64,000 nt of DNA from an archaeon (GTDB taxonomy: Archaea; Micrarchaeota; Micrarchaeia; Norongarragalinales; UBA97). Of this stretch, positions 39,234 through 48,189 are shown piece by piece. Position 1 is the first letter of the stretch, and each line of letters begins with the position of its first letter. Location: NCBI GenBank assembly GCA_020057405.1, contig JAGVFW010000014.1, forward strand, positions 2,867-66,866. Reading direction: 5' to 3'. The notes under the pieces were generated by a model that saw only the letters and a list, made by a program, of their open reading frames with translations, was not told the origin of the DNA and ran no database searches. Position numbers and translations under genes: made by a program.

Positions 39234-39491
39234 ATGAAAATCATTAGGGGAATTGAGCGCAGGGAAGCGGAAAAGCTGCTTGAGCCCTTTGGGTTTGAGC
39301 CTATTCCCGGCACTAGATTCTGGAACCACGGGCAGACGAAAAGGTCGGTTTCAATGCCCGCCTCGAAATCTGGCAACTTGACCCGCGGCAATTTGGAGAC
39401 GCTGCTGGCCCACGCCGAGTACGCCGAAGGCCTTACCCACGCCCAGCAAAAAATAATTAAGAGAATCAGGCAGGTAATGACTCAAAAGTGA
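39234..39491 (+). CDS. Small protein, HicA-like fold suspected
   Basis: REAEKLLEPFGF...VSMP....LTRGNLETLL pattern, lacks GSH. Confidence 0.55.
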   Translation: MKIIRGIERREAEKLLEPFGFEPIPGTRFWNHGQTKRSVSMPASKSGNLTRGNLETLLAHAEYAEGLTHAQQKIIKRIRQVMTQK

Positions 39492-39503
39492 GCACTCGCA
39501 AAC

Positions 39504-40274
39504 TCACGCTAATTTCTTGAAAAACTTCCTTAACGCCTCCTTCACTTTAGCAGTGTGCTTTCGAAGGCGATGGTCTCCTCCCTTGATTAGCGAGAGCGTT
39601 GCGTTTGGCAAGTTCTTGGCGTAAGAACTGGCGTCCTTTACTGAGACGACTTTATCGCGGTTTCCGTGGAGTATGAGCACTGGCTGCTTGACGAGTGGAA
39701 GAAAGCCCGCCATTTCGTAAGTCCACTGGTCTTCCTTGAAAGCGTAATTTAGTCGGACGACTTTTTCACCGTCCTTTAGTTCGACAACGCCCTGCGCCAT
39801 CCACTTGCTGAAATCGTAGGAGGTCGCCATCCAAGTCATTTTCTCCGGAAAGTCGTGAATTTTGTAGGGCGCGGCTATTGAGGCGACTGCGAAGACCTGG
39901 CCAAAACGGCTTGCTGCAATGAGCGCGTCAACCCCGCCCATTGAATGGCCGACGAGGCCGAACTCGTGCACTTTGCACTTGAGGAGCAAATACTCCATCG
40001 CCGCCTCGGCGTCACCAACTTGCTTGGAGTAGCTCGTTTCCTCGAACTTTCCTTTCGAGCGGCCGCAGCCGCTAAAGTCAAACCCAAGGGTAATGAAACC
40101 CAAATTTGCGACTTCCCGCATCCACGCGAGCTTGTTGGGCGTGTCGTGCCTGCCGTTAAAGCCGTGCAGGAAAACCACCGCCCTGCCGTTTGGCTTCTTG
40201 GGCGTAAAGAGCGTTCCCACAAGCCGCTCGCCGGAAGCGTTCTTGAAGGACACCTGCTTTTGAGAGATTTTCAC
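39504..40274 (-). CDS. Alpha/beta hydrolase
   Basis: LHGF, DFSGCG.S.G, GHSMGG, HG..D, GDH. Confidence 0.9.
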   Translation of the reverse strand: MKISQKQVSFKNASGERLVGTLFTPKKPNGRAVVFLHGFNGRHDTPNKLAWMREVANLGFITLGFDFSGCGRSKGKFEETSYSKQVGDAEAAMEYLLLKCKVHEFGLVGHSMGGVDALIAASRFGQVFAVASIAAPYKIHDFPEKMTWMATSYDFSKWMAQGVVELKDGEKVVRLNYAFKEDQWTYEMAGFLPLVKQPVLILHGNRDKVVSVKDASSYAKNLPNATLSLIKGGDHRLRKHTAKVKEALRKFFKKLA

Positions 40275-40336
40275 TAAGCAACTACTACGCCAAACAATCT
40301 TTTAAAAAGCAGGCACGCGGAAAGATTGTCAAAGGA

Positions 40337-40807
40337 ATGGACAAAATGGCTGGCTCAAAACTTGTCAGGAATGCGGGATGGCTTATAGCCGGGCTCGGTA
40401 CGGGCTACGCGGTAGTCAATAAATTGAGGCAACTTTCCAAAAGAAAGGCACTCAAGAATGAAAGCCTTGAAAACCTGTCGCACCTCGCTGGCGTGTTCGA
40501 GGGCGTGATGGGCTACGCGGGGTTTGAGATGACGCCCTCGTCAAAGCACTCCGCTTACTCTGGCAACAACCTGACGCACGTGGGCTACACCTACGCAACC
40601 GAGCTTTCTGAAGAAGCTCAACTCAATGCACTCAAACTAGCTAGCCAGCACTTCACCCAGGAGACTAAAAAGCACTTGGTCATTGACCACGACGAGCACG
40701 TAGCGAGAATGAACGCCGGAGGCAACGCGTATCCCATCGTAATAACACACGGCGGACAAGCGCATCGATTCAACGGCAAAACCTGGAGCCATGAAAGACT
40801 AAGATAA
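40337..40807 (+). CDS. Hypothetical protein with N-terminal hydrophobic segment
   Basis: 156-aa ORF filling the gap. Confidence 0.65.
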   Translation: MDKMAGSKLVRNAGWLIAGLGTGYAVVNKLRQLSKRKALKNESLENLSHLAGVFEGVMGYAGFEMTPSSKHSAYSGNNLTHVGYTYATELSEEAQLNALKLASQHFTQETKKHLVIDHDEHVARMNAGGNAYPIVITHGGQAHRFNGKTWSHERLR

Positions 40808-40821
40808 GGAGTTGATTTCTA

Positions 40822-41454
40822 ATGCCTGCAAAGAAAACTTCAAAAGTAAGTTCAAAAGCCGCTTCAAGGCCAGCGGCAAAGTCCGGCAACGGCCTCTCGG
40901 CAATGCCTAGGCTGTGGCTTGAGTCGCTCATTAAGCCTGCCATCACATTTAGCTCGCAGAAAGGCAACGCCGACTGGGGCCACGCTTTCCTCAACTACGC
41001 AATCGCCGGGGCCTTGGGCGGCCTCTTGGCGGCACTGCTTTACGCCGGCATCGTGGCGACAATCTTTCCGTTCGCTGGCGCAATTTCCTTCGCGTTCGTC
41101 ACCGCCATCGGCGCTGTCGCGTTTATCGTCGGCTCGCTCTTGGTTACGCTCGTGCTCTTCGTCTTCGCCAAAATCTTTGGCGGCAAGGGCTCGTTTAAGT
41201 CAATGTACTACTGCATGTCGCTTTACTCCGTGCCCCTTTCGCTAGTCTACCAGCTGCCTTTCGCGGGATGGCTTGCGGCCCTATACGGCATTTACCTCCA
41301 AGTGCTTGCCGTTCGCCAGACGCAGGAGTTTACAACCGCCAGGGCAGTCGCAACCGTGTTCATACCCCTAGTGCTTGCAGTCCTGGTCGTGCTCGTGCTG
41401 CTGCTCTTGGTTTTCGTCTCAGTAGCACAATCGGTTGCAGGCGGCATCGGCTAG
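40822..41454 (+). CDS. Yip1 family membrane protein
   Basis: LIKPAITF, AKIFGGKGSF, five TMs. Confidence 0.85.
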   Translation: MPAKKTSKVSSKAASRPAAKSGNGLSAMPRLWLESLIKPAITFSSQKGNADWGHAFLNYAIAGALGGLLAALLYAGIVATIFPFAGAISFAFVTAIGAVAFIVGSLLVTLVLFVFAKIFGGKGSFKSMYYCMSLYSVPLSLVYQLPFAGWLAALYGIYLQVLAVRQTQEFTTARAVATVFIPLVLAVLVVLVLLLLVFVSVAQSVAGGIG

Positions 41455-41468
41455 ACTGCGAGGGCAAG

Positions 41469-41897
41469 TCAGCCGCGGGATTTAAGAAACGCCTGTCCGC
41501 TAACCATGACTTTTCTGTCGCTATCGTAAGTCAGCCTCGCGGACGCTTCCTCAAAAGGCAGCCAAACCGCTTCAGTGTGCTCGCGGCTTAGGGCAAGTTT
41601 GGGGTTGCCGTCAACTTGCGCCAAGAAAAACGCGACGGTCTTGTGCACGGGGGCGCCCAGCTTCTTGAAAAAGTACGCGATTTCTTCCCTAAAGCCCTCG
41701 TCAAAGTGCAGTGAGGACGCAGGGATGCCGGTTTCCTCGGTGAGTTCGCGCAAGGCAGTCTGGCGCTCGGTCTCGCCTGCCTCGACATGGCCCTTGCAGA
41801 AGCTCCAGTGGCCTGCGCCGTAGTGCAGCACGAGGAAAAGGCGCTCGCCGGCCTCGAGGCGGTAGAGGAGGATGCCTGACGACTTTTCTTGCGGCAT
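41469..41897 (-). CDS. NUDIX hydrolase (Ap4A hydrolase-like)
   Basis: HWSFCKGHVEAGE....ALRELTEETG, LSREH. Confidence 0.9.
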   Translation of the reverse strand: MPQEKSSGILLYRLEAGERLFLVLHYGAGHWSFCKGHVEAGETERQTALRELTEETGIPASSLHFDEGFREEIAYFFKKLGAPVHKTVAFFLAQVDGNPKLALSREHTEAVWLPFEEASARLTYDSDRKVMVSGQAFLKSRG

Positions 41898-42018
41898 AAG
41901 CACTTTGCAGTGCCGCAAGAAATAAATACTTGCGCTGCACCATAGACAATTGTCGAACGCCCGCTGGTTTGGGGCTTATGCCGTATTTCGTTGTTACCCG
42001 GCGAATTGAGACAAAATC

Positions 42019-42237
42019 ATGGACCCGCAGCTAGTACTAGCACCGAAACCCCACTTCTTGGCCGCGTTGTTGATGTTTATGTTCATAACATGGATGGCAG
42101 TCGAAGACAGCCGGTTCACTAGAGGCCTGCTTATTGTGCCCATTTTCACGCTCTTCTTCTGCTTCCTAGTCTTCTACGGCATGGAAGTCAGCCTCGCGAT
42201 GGGCGGCAAGCAAAACGGCGGCACTAGCACGGCTTAA
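42019..42237 (+). CDS. Small two-TM membrane protein
   Basis: Two hydrophobic helices, ATG start. Confidence 0.6.
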   Translation: MDPQLVLAPKPHFLAALLMFMFITWMAVEDSRFTRGLLIVPIFTLFFCFLVFYGMEVSLAMGGKQNGGTSTA

Positions 42238-42265
42238 TTTGCTTTGGCAGCTCAAAAGCTTGCTT

Positions 42266-43048
42266 GTGGAAAAGATTTTCGCCAACCTCAAGCTCACGAT
42301 GGAGAGCGGCCAACCCCCGCACTTTCTCTGGCACCAAAAAGACGGCCGATACTCAAGGAAAATCGGCGGCCAGCTCATTACACTACGCGAGGAAGGCGGG
42401 CGCGTCAGGGCTAGTGCGGGCCACGAGAAACACGCGGCCGAACTCCTGCGGTCCTGTGACGACCTGCAAGAGATTTACGCAACCATTTCAACCGACGCCA
42501 CCATCAAGCGCGCCATTAGCCGTTACTCCGGCATGCGCTTGACGAAAAACGACGAGTGGGAAACTACCGTTGCCTTCCTTTGCTCGCAGAATTCCAACCT
42601 CAAGCGCATCCGCGCAAACGTGCAGGGAATGCTGGGCAACGACGGCATGGTCCTGTCGGCGCAAGCGCTTGCGAAAACAAACTTGCGCAAACTAAACCTC
42701 GGCTACCGCGAGCCCTACCTCAAGGGCACGGCTGCAATGGTCGCAGGCGGCGAGTTTGACTTTGCCGGCGTGAAGAAACTAAACTATGCCGACGCGCGCG
42801 AGGAACTCCAGGAGCTTCCGGGAGTGGGGCCCAAAGTCGCAGACTGCATCCTCCTTTACGGCTTTGGCAGGCTTGAGGCGTTTCCCAATGACGTGTGGAT
42901 TGGCAGGGCGATGTCAAAATGGTATGGCGTGTCAAGCCCGAAAAAAGTCGAGGCTTTTGTGCAACGCAGGTGGGGTCCGCTAGCAGGATACGCGCAACAA
43001 TATCTTTTCGCCTTGGCCCGCGATGAAATTTCACGACAGCGCCCCTGA
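42266..43048 (+). CDS. 8-oxoguanine DNA glycosylase (OGG1-like)
   Basis: ESGQ, FLCSQNSN..RI, LGYR, LPGVGPKVADC, FPNDVW, AGYAQQYLF; start uncertain. Confidence 0.9.
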   Translation: MEKIFANLKLTMESGQPPHFLWHQKDGRYSRKIGGQLITLREEGGRVRASAGHEKHAAELLRSCDDLQEIYATISTDATIKRAISRYSGMRLTKNDEWETTVAFLCSQNSNLKRIRANVQGMLGNDGMVLSAQALAKTNLRKLNLGYREPYLKGTAAMVAGGEFDFAGVKKLNYADAREELQELPGVGPKVADCILLYGFGRLEAFPNDVWIGRAMSKWYGVSSPKKVEAFVQRRWGPLAGYAQQYLFALARDEISRQRP

Positions 43049-43060
43049 CGCGTCAAAGAG

Positions 43061-43222
43061 CTAGTCCCACAAGTTGGGCTTGCTGTTGCGAGAATACTTC
43101 TTTGTTCGGGCAAGGATTGTTTTAGCTTGTTCGGCGGACAACGTGTTCGCTTTCTTCCAAGCTTTTGTCTGCTTGGCCCGCTGCACAAGCTCTTCGGGCT
43201 TAAGGGCATGAATTTGATCCAC
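43061..43222 (-). CDS. 53-aa basic small protein, not in ORF track
   Basis: GTG start after AGGGTG, 8 nt downstream of preceding gene; fills the gap. Confidence 0.4.
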   Translation of the reverse strand: MDQIHALKPEELVQRAKQTKAWKKANTLSAEQAKTILARTKKYSRNSKPNLWD

Positions 43223-43229
43223 GCGCACC

Positions 43230-45578
43230 CTAGGCGGGCGAGAGCTTGATTACAATCACTTCGTCAGGCACCTGGAGAGACAGCACGCTTACTGAAGGGT
43301 AGGTGGATGCCGGCTGGGCTGAAGTTCTTGGCACGTAGACTGCGGCGTCGTAGTTTGCGCCAAAAGTCAGCGTTACCGGCTCGGCGTAGGTGTTGTCATC
43401 GCTTGGCACTTCGCTCCACAAGGCGAGGAAATAGTCGCCGTTAGACTTTTGGAAGAGGGCGTGCTTGACGACCGCGGAATTGGCATCGATAGTGTAAGAG
43501 AATTTGCTTGCAAACACACTCGCGCCGGGCTCCTTGAGGAGGGAAACGAGATTCTTAAGCGCCGTGAAAGCGGGCTTAGGAGTGCCGTCGTAGTGCACCA
43601 TACCAAAGTGGTGCTGCAGGTCGGTGGCATTTGTGCCCTCATCAAGGAATTCGTAGACGTAGGCGCGCTTGTAGCCCAAGTTCATGGCACTCAAGAGCGC
43701 GCGTGGCAAGTACTTTGCCTGCACGGTCTCGGTGACAGGCGCGTGCGGGTCGTTGGCCCACGAGCTGGTGTGGTAGCCGATTTCAGTCAAGTACATTGGC
43801 TTTCCGGCAAACGGCCGGCCGCGGTTGACCATGTCCGCGTAGAGTTCGGGGCTGCCGGGGTAAAGGGGATAAGAGTGCACGTTGCCTAAACTCACCCAGG
43901 GTGTCAGGTCTCCCCAAAGCGTGCAGTTGGCGTAAATTACGCAAGTCGCGCCTATGATGGGCGTTGATGCAGTCACCGGGTCGGCGCGGAAGACCTCGAA
44001 AATTCGCTGCGTGTAGTTGCGCAGCGTGAGGACCGCGTTGGGATCCCACTTCTTGTAGTCGTACTCGTTTGGCCCCTCAATATATTCCATTGCCGCCAGG
44101 CCTATTTCTTTGAAGCGCAAGAGTGCGGCCTCGGCAGTAATCCATTGCGGCGAGATTGTCGAGCCTATCTTGACTCCATTTGCGCCCAAGTCCGCCATGC
44201 GTTGGCGGTGTGTGGCGTTTGAAGGCAGGTCGCCGTCGCGCACGTGGCGGACTCCAAGCTCAAGTAGCCGCGGCTTTAGTAGCAAGTCGTAGTTCTGGTA
44301 GGAGTTAAACGAAGTGCCGTCAGAGTAAGGCGGCTCGAAGCGGTAGCTTATGTGCACGTTGACGCCGAAGAAATCCACAAACGAGTCTGACGGTGCGGGG
44401 CTCTCCTGAAGCTGGGTGACTTGCGAAATGCCGGCCGCTTGCGAGACTTCCCCTCCGCTTAGCGCCCGCGAGTAGACCCGCACGTCGTCAAGCGTGCCGT
44501 CCCAGACTGGGGCGTAGATGACAACCCCCGGAGTGAACGGGCCATTGGCTGTTGTCGTGTGCTTGAGGCCAACGAATTTGCTTGCCAAAAGCGCGCCGTC
44601 AAGGAATATGCTGAAGCGGTTGCCGTCGTAAGTGCAGGCGACATGATGCCACTCCCCGGCAGACACTGGCGTTGGCGAAGTAGGCTCGAGGGAAACGATT
44701 TCGTTTGAGTCGGTGCGCATGGAGCATGCCCATGAGTCGGTCCACCCGCTCCAGCCGAGCTTGATTTGGGAAGGCGACCCCTTCTTCTCGATGCCGCCCA
44801 TCCATCCGTCCGGAAGGCCCGCCTGCAGGCCGGTTGCGTGCTTGAACCAGCCCATCACGGTGAAGGACCCGTCAAGGGCAAGGGACGGCGATTGCGAAAC
44901 GTTGAGGTATTTTGAGGAAGGCGAGGTGCGAAGGCCGTTGCCGCTGTGGCCGGCTACGATGTCGCTTGAGTCGCCTGAAAGGAATTTTCCGTTGTTGCCG
45001 TAAGCCGTGCCGTCAAAAACGTGGGTGGCGTTGTAGCTCTCGAAATCCCAGCTTCCCCGCAGGCTCGCGTCGGGAGTGGGCGAGGGTGAAGGCGAGGGCG
45101 TTGAGGTCGGAGAAGGTGTCGGAGTTGATGATGGGCCCGGCGTTGGCGTCGGAGTTGCTACAACTGTCGGCGTAGGCGAACCGACAGGAGTTGCGGTTGG
45201 CCTTGGCGTTGGTGATATGGAGGCCAAAGGCGTTGGCGTGAGTTGCGTGATGACGCAGAGCTCGCTTGAAACAATTGCGACGCCGGCACAGCGGGCGTGG
45301 CACTCGTTGAAATAGTTTTGCCGGTCGGAACCGCAAACCGGACGGTAGACCGCAGGGCAATCGCAATTGTCAACAAAAACTGGCGTTGGAAGCGGCGTTG
45401 GCGCGGGAGTCACGACCTGCGGTTTTGGCGTGGGAGTTGGGAGAATAGTTTTTGAGTGCGGCAACTTGCCTGCTGAAATGTCTTCAAACTGCGTCTTAAG
45501 AGCGAAAAGCGCGGCGAGAAGAAGTACGACGAGAAGCATTGCCGCTAGGCCGGAATTGACAAAACCGCGCTTAGTCAT
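43230..45578 (-). CDS. Membrane-anchored protein: Kazal-like domain, PT linker, LamG, clan GH-A glycoside hydrolase-like domain
   Basis: CPAVYRPVCGSD..Y.NEC; WHHVACTYDG; EGPNE acid/base and LTEIGY nucleophile motifs. Confidence 0.85.
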   Translation of the reverse strand: MTKRGFVNSGLAAMLLVVLLLAALFALKTQFEDISAGKLPHSKTILPTPTPKPQVVTPAPTPLPTPVFVDNCDCPAVYRPVCGSDRQNYFNECHARCAGVAIVSSELCVITQLTPTPLASISPTPRPTATPVGSPTPTVVATPTPTPGPSSTPTPSPTSTPSPSPSPTPDASLRGSWDFESYNATHVFDGTAYGNNGKFLSGDSSDIVAGHSGNGLRTSPSSKYLNVSQSPSLALDGSFTVMGWFKHATGLQAGLPDGWMGGIEKKGSPSQIKLGWSGWTDSWACSMRTDSNEIVSLEPTSPTPVSAGEWHHVACTYDGNRFSIFLDGALLASKFVGLKHTTTANGPFTPGVVIYAPVWDGTLDDVRVYSRALSGGEVSQAAGISQVTQLQESPAPSDSFVDFFGVNVHISYRFEPPYSDGTSFNSYQNYDLLLKPRLLELGVRHVRDGDLPSNATHRQRMADLGANGVKIGSTISPQWITAEAALLRFKEIGLAAMEYIEGPNEYDYKKWDPNAVLTLRNYTQRIFEVFRADPVTASTPIIGATCVIYANCTLWGDLTPWVSLGNVHSYPLYPGSPELYADMVNRGRPFAGKPMYLTEIGYHTSSWANDPHAPVTETVQAKYLPRALLSAMNLGYKRAYVYEFLDEGTNATDLQHHFGMVHYDGTPKPAFTALKNLVSLLKEPGASVFASKFSYTIDANSAVVKHALFQKSNGDYFLALWSEVPSDDNTYAEPVTLTFGANYDAAVYVPRTSAQPASTYPSVSVLSLQVPDEVIVIKLSPA

Positions 45579-45724
45579 TTTGCTTATGTGATAAGACGGC
45601 TGGCCTTTTTTTGGTTTGCGCTTGCAGGGGGGAAGCCTGCAAAGTATAATAAGCGTTCAGCGCAGCTATACTGTCTAGCGCCTTCTAGTATTCGGAGCGC
45701 TTTTTCATCTGGGGGGTGCCCGAC

Positions 45725-45970
45725 ATGTCCGACGTTGCTAAAATTGTTTCCTTCCTAGACCAGCTTTTGGACGACACTTCAGTCCCGAAGAACGTCCGCG
45801 CGTCAATAGCCGCCGCCAAGGACCGACTGCTTTCGGCAGAGGGCGGGGCGGGAGTCGCCTCGGCAATCTATTCACTCGACGAGGTAAGCAGCGACATCAA
45901 CATGCCGATGCATGCCAGGACAATCATCTGGAACATCCTCTCAGAACTCGAATCGATGAAGCGCGACTAA
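45725..45970 (+). CDS. UPF0147 family protein
   Basis: DTSVPKNVR, D.NMPMHARTIIW. Confidence 0.9.
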   Translation: MSDVAKIVSFLDQLLDDTSVPKNVRASIAAAKDRLLSAEGGAGVASAIYSLDEVSSDINMPMHARTIIWNILSELESMKRD

Positions 45971-45978
45971 GAAGCCAA

Positions 45979-46464
45979 CTAGCTTTCCGCAGTCACCACG
46001 TTCGGCATCATCCGATAATCTTCTTTTACAGTGTTTAGCACCACGTGGGTGTTGCTTGACTGCACTTTATCGATTGCGAGAATCTTTTTCACCAATCGCG
46101 AGAACTCGCTCCTTGACTTGACGCGGGCAATTACCATGCTGTCGCGCTCGCCCGTCACATCATAGACGGAAACCACGCCCGGCATTTGCGCAATCTTGCG
46201 CTGCACCTCAAGCAGGGCGCCCTTTGCAATCGTCACCTCGATTATGGCTGTGAACTCATAGCCAAGGCGCGAGTAGTCAAAGTCAGCAGTGTAGCCAAGC
46301 ACCACGCCAGACTTCTCAAGCCGGTGCAGCCGCTGGATGATTGTTGCTGGCGACGCATGAAGCTTGTCCGCGAGCTTGCGGAAACTGGTTCTTGAATCAC
46401 GGCGCAATTCCTCAAGCAAACGCGCGTCAAGCCCGTCCAACTCAACAGCCAATTGTTCAGCCAC
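45979..46464 (-). CDS. Lrp/AsnC transcriptional regulator
   Basis: LDGLDARLL..L..DSR HTH, YDVTGERD; divergent from glnA. Confidence 0.92.
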   Translation of the reverse strand: MAEQLAVELDGLDARLLEELRRDSRTSFRKLADKLHASPATIIQRLHRLEKSGVVLGYTADFDYSRLGYEFTAIIEVTIAKGALLEVQRKIAQMPGVVSVYDVTGERDSMVIARVKSRSEFSRLVKKILAIDKVQSSNTHVVLNTVKEDYRMMPNVVTAES

Positions 46465-46620
46465 CGACCAAAAACACCTCAAAAAGATAATCAAATGCAC
46501 CTATTTAACCCTTAGCACTCAACAAACGTTCAATAATCGCGTTAAAGGCAATAAATTTATTAACTAGCAGTTTCCTCAACGGCTTAGTATTTTTTAACGG
46601 TTCTTTAGGGGGGAGTCTAG

Positions 46621-48033
46621 ATGGTTGGGGATGGCATTAGTCTTCTGGAGTTTTTCAAGCGCGACAAGATTCGGTGGGTTGACCTGCAGTTCGTCGACGT
46701 CACGGGTGCGCTTCAGCACATTACCGTCCCGGCGCACACCATCGGCGAGGAGGACCTGAAAAACGGCATCGGCAAGCTCGACGGTTCCTCAATCAAGGGG
46801 TTCAAGGCCATCTTCGAGAGCGACATGATACTCATGCCGGCGGCCTCAACCTACGCGAAAATCCCGTGGGAGCCGGACACTGCCCGCGTCTTCTGCGACA
46901 TCTACGAATCGGGAGGAAAGGAGCGCTTTAGCCGCGACAGCCGATTCATGGCACAAAAGGCCGAAGCGGAACTTGCAAAGAACGGCTTTGACGTGAGCTA
47001 CTGGGGCCCCGAGGCGGAGTTCTTTGTCTTTGACGGCGTCAAGGTCGATGCCTTAACGCCGTATAAGGGTCAAAGCTACGAAATCATTTCCCGCGAGGCA
47101 GCGTGGTCAAGCGAGGGGACGAACTACCCCATCCGCTTCAAGGAAGGCTACTACCCGACCCCGCCTGTCGACACGCTCCAAGAATTCCGGCGCGTTGCGT
47201 GCAACATGCTTGAAGACGCCTTTGGCATGCGCATCGACGCGCACCACCACGAGGTCGCAACCGCCGGGCAAGTCGAGATTGACATGCACTACGACTCGCT
47301 ACTAAAGATGGCCGACCAGCTCGTCACCTACAAGTATGCAATCAAGAACGCGGCTGCCCAGATGGGCAAGATAGTGACTTTCATGCCCAAGCCCCTCTTT
47401 GGCGACAACGGCAGCGGCATGCACGTGCACCAGAGCCTGTGGGCAGCAGGGCGAAACAAGTTCTATGACGAAAGCGACAAGTACGCGCAAGTCTCGCAAG
47501 CCTGCCGATACTACATCGGCGGCATCCTCAAGCACGGCCGCGCGCTTTCGGCGCTCTTGTCACCGACAACGAACAGCTACAAGCGTCTCGTGCCAGGCTA
47601 CGAAGCGCCAATTTATTTGGCCTGGAGCAGGCGCAACCGCTCGGCAGCCGTCCGCATCCCCGCCTACCACTCTAACGAGGGTGCAAAACGCATCGAGTAC
47701 CGCTCGCCCGATCCTGCTGCCAACCCCTACGTCGCCTTTGCGGCAATGGCCGCAGCCGGCCTTGACGGCATCAAGCACAAGATTGAGCCCGGCGACCCGA
47801 TTGACGAAAACATCTGGCACCTTAGCCCGGCGAAGCGGCGCGAGCTTGGCGTGCACGAGCTGCCGGGCAGTCTTGAGGAAGCCGTTCTCGAGCTTGAAGC
47901 GAACCACAAGTTCCTTGAGCCAATCTTCACCGAGGACTTCATCATCGCCTACGCTGACCTCAAGCGCGAGGAAGCAAAGCAAAACTCGATTCGGCCGACG
48001 CCCTACGAATTCCAGCAGTACCTAGACGTTTAA
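46621..48033 (+). CDS. glnA: Type I glutamine synthetase
   Basis: DGSSI.GF, HHHEVA, FMPKP..GDNGSGMHVH, KRLVPGYEAP, RIEYRSPD. Confidence 0.97.
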   Translation: MVGDGISLLEFFKRDKIRWVDLQFVDVTGALQHITVPAHTIGEEDLKNGIGKLDGSSIKGFKAIFESDMILMPAASTYAKIPWEPDTARVFCDIYESGGKERFSRDSRFMAQKAEAELAKNGFDVSYWGPEAEFFVFDGVKVDALTPYKGQSYEIISREAAWSSEGTNYPIRFKEGYYPTPPVDTLQEFRRVACNMLEDAFGMRIDAHHHEVATAGQVEIDMHYDSLLKMADQLVTYKYAIKNAAAQMGKIVTFMPKPLFGDNGSGMHVHQSLWAAGRNKFYDESDKYAQVSQACRYYIGGILKHGRALSALLSPTTNSYKRLVPGYEAPIYLAWSRRNRSAAVRIPAYHSNEGAKRIEYRSPDPAANPYVAFAAMAAAGLDGIKHKIEPGDPIDENIWHLSPAKRRELGVHELPGSLEEAVLELEANHKFLEPIFTEDFIIAYADLKREEAKQNSIRPTPYEFQQYLDV

Positions 48034-48189
48034 CAAGAGTCAGGCAACCCCCGAGGCAAAGACAGGCGGTTAAGTCACCGCCTAGTCTCATTCAAGGACG
48101 CTTTCCAAGAAGCGTCAGTTAGCGCAAGCATTCATAACCAAGGCTAATCACAAGCGCTTTAATTCAGCTCAAGCAATATCCATACGAAA

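Noticed and set aside
39003-39500. Integrated element at tRNA-Leu
   Set aside because: No integrase and no duplicated tRNA 3' end noticed in the window
48050-48115. c-di-GMP-I riboswitch (GGCAAA...GGACGC)
   Set aside because: No GNRA loop, receptor or GCAAAG continuation; spacing is wrong
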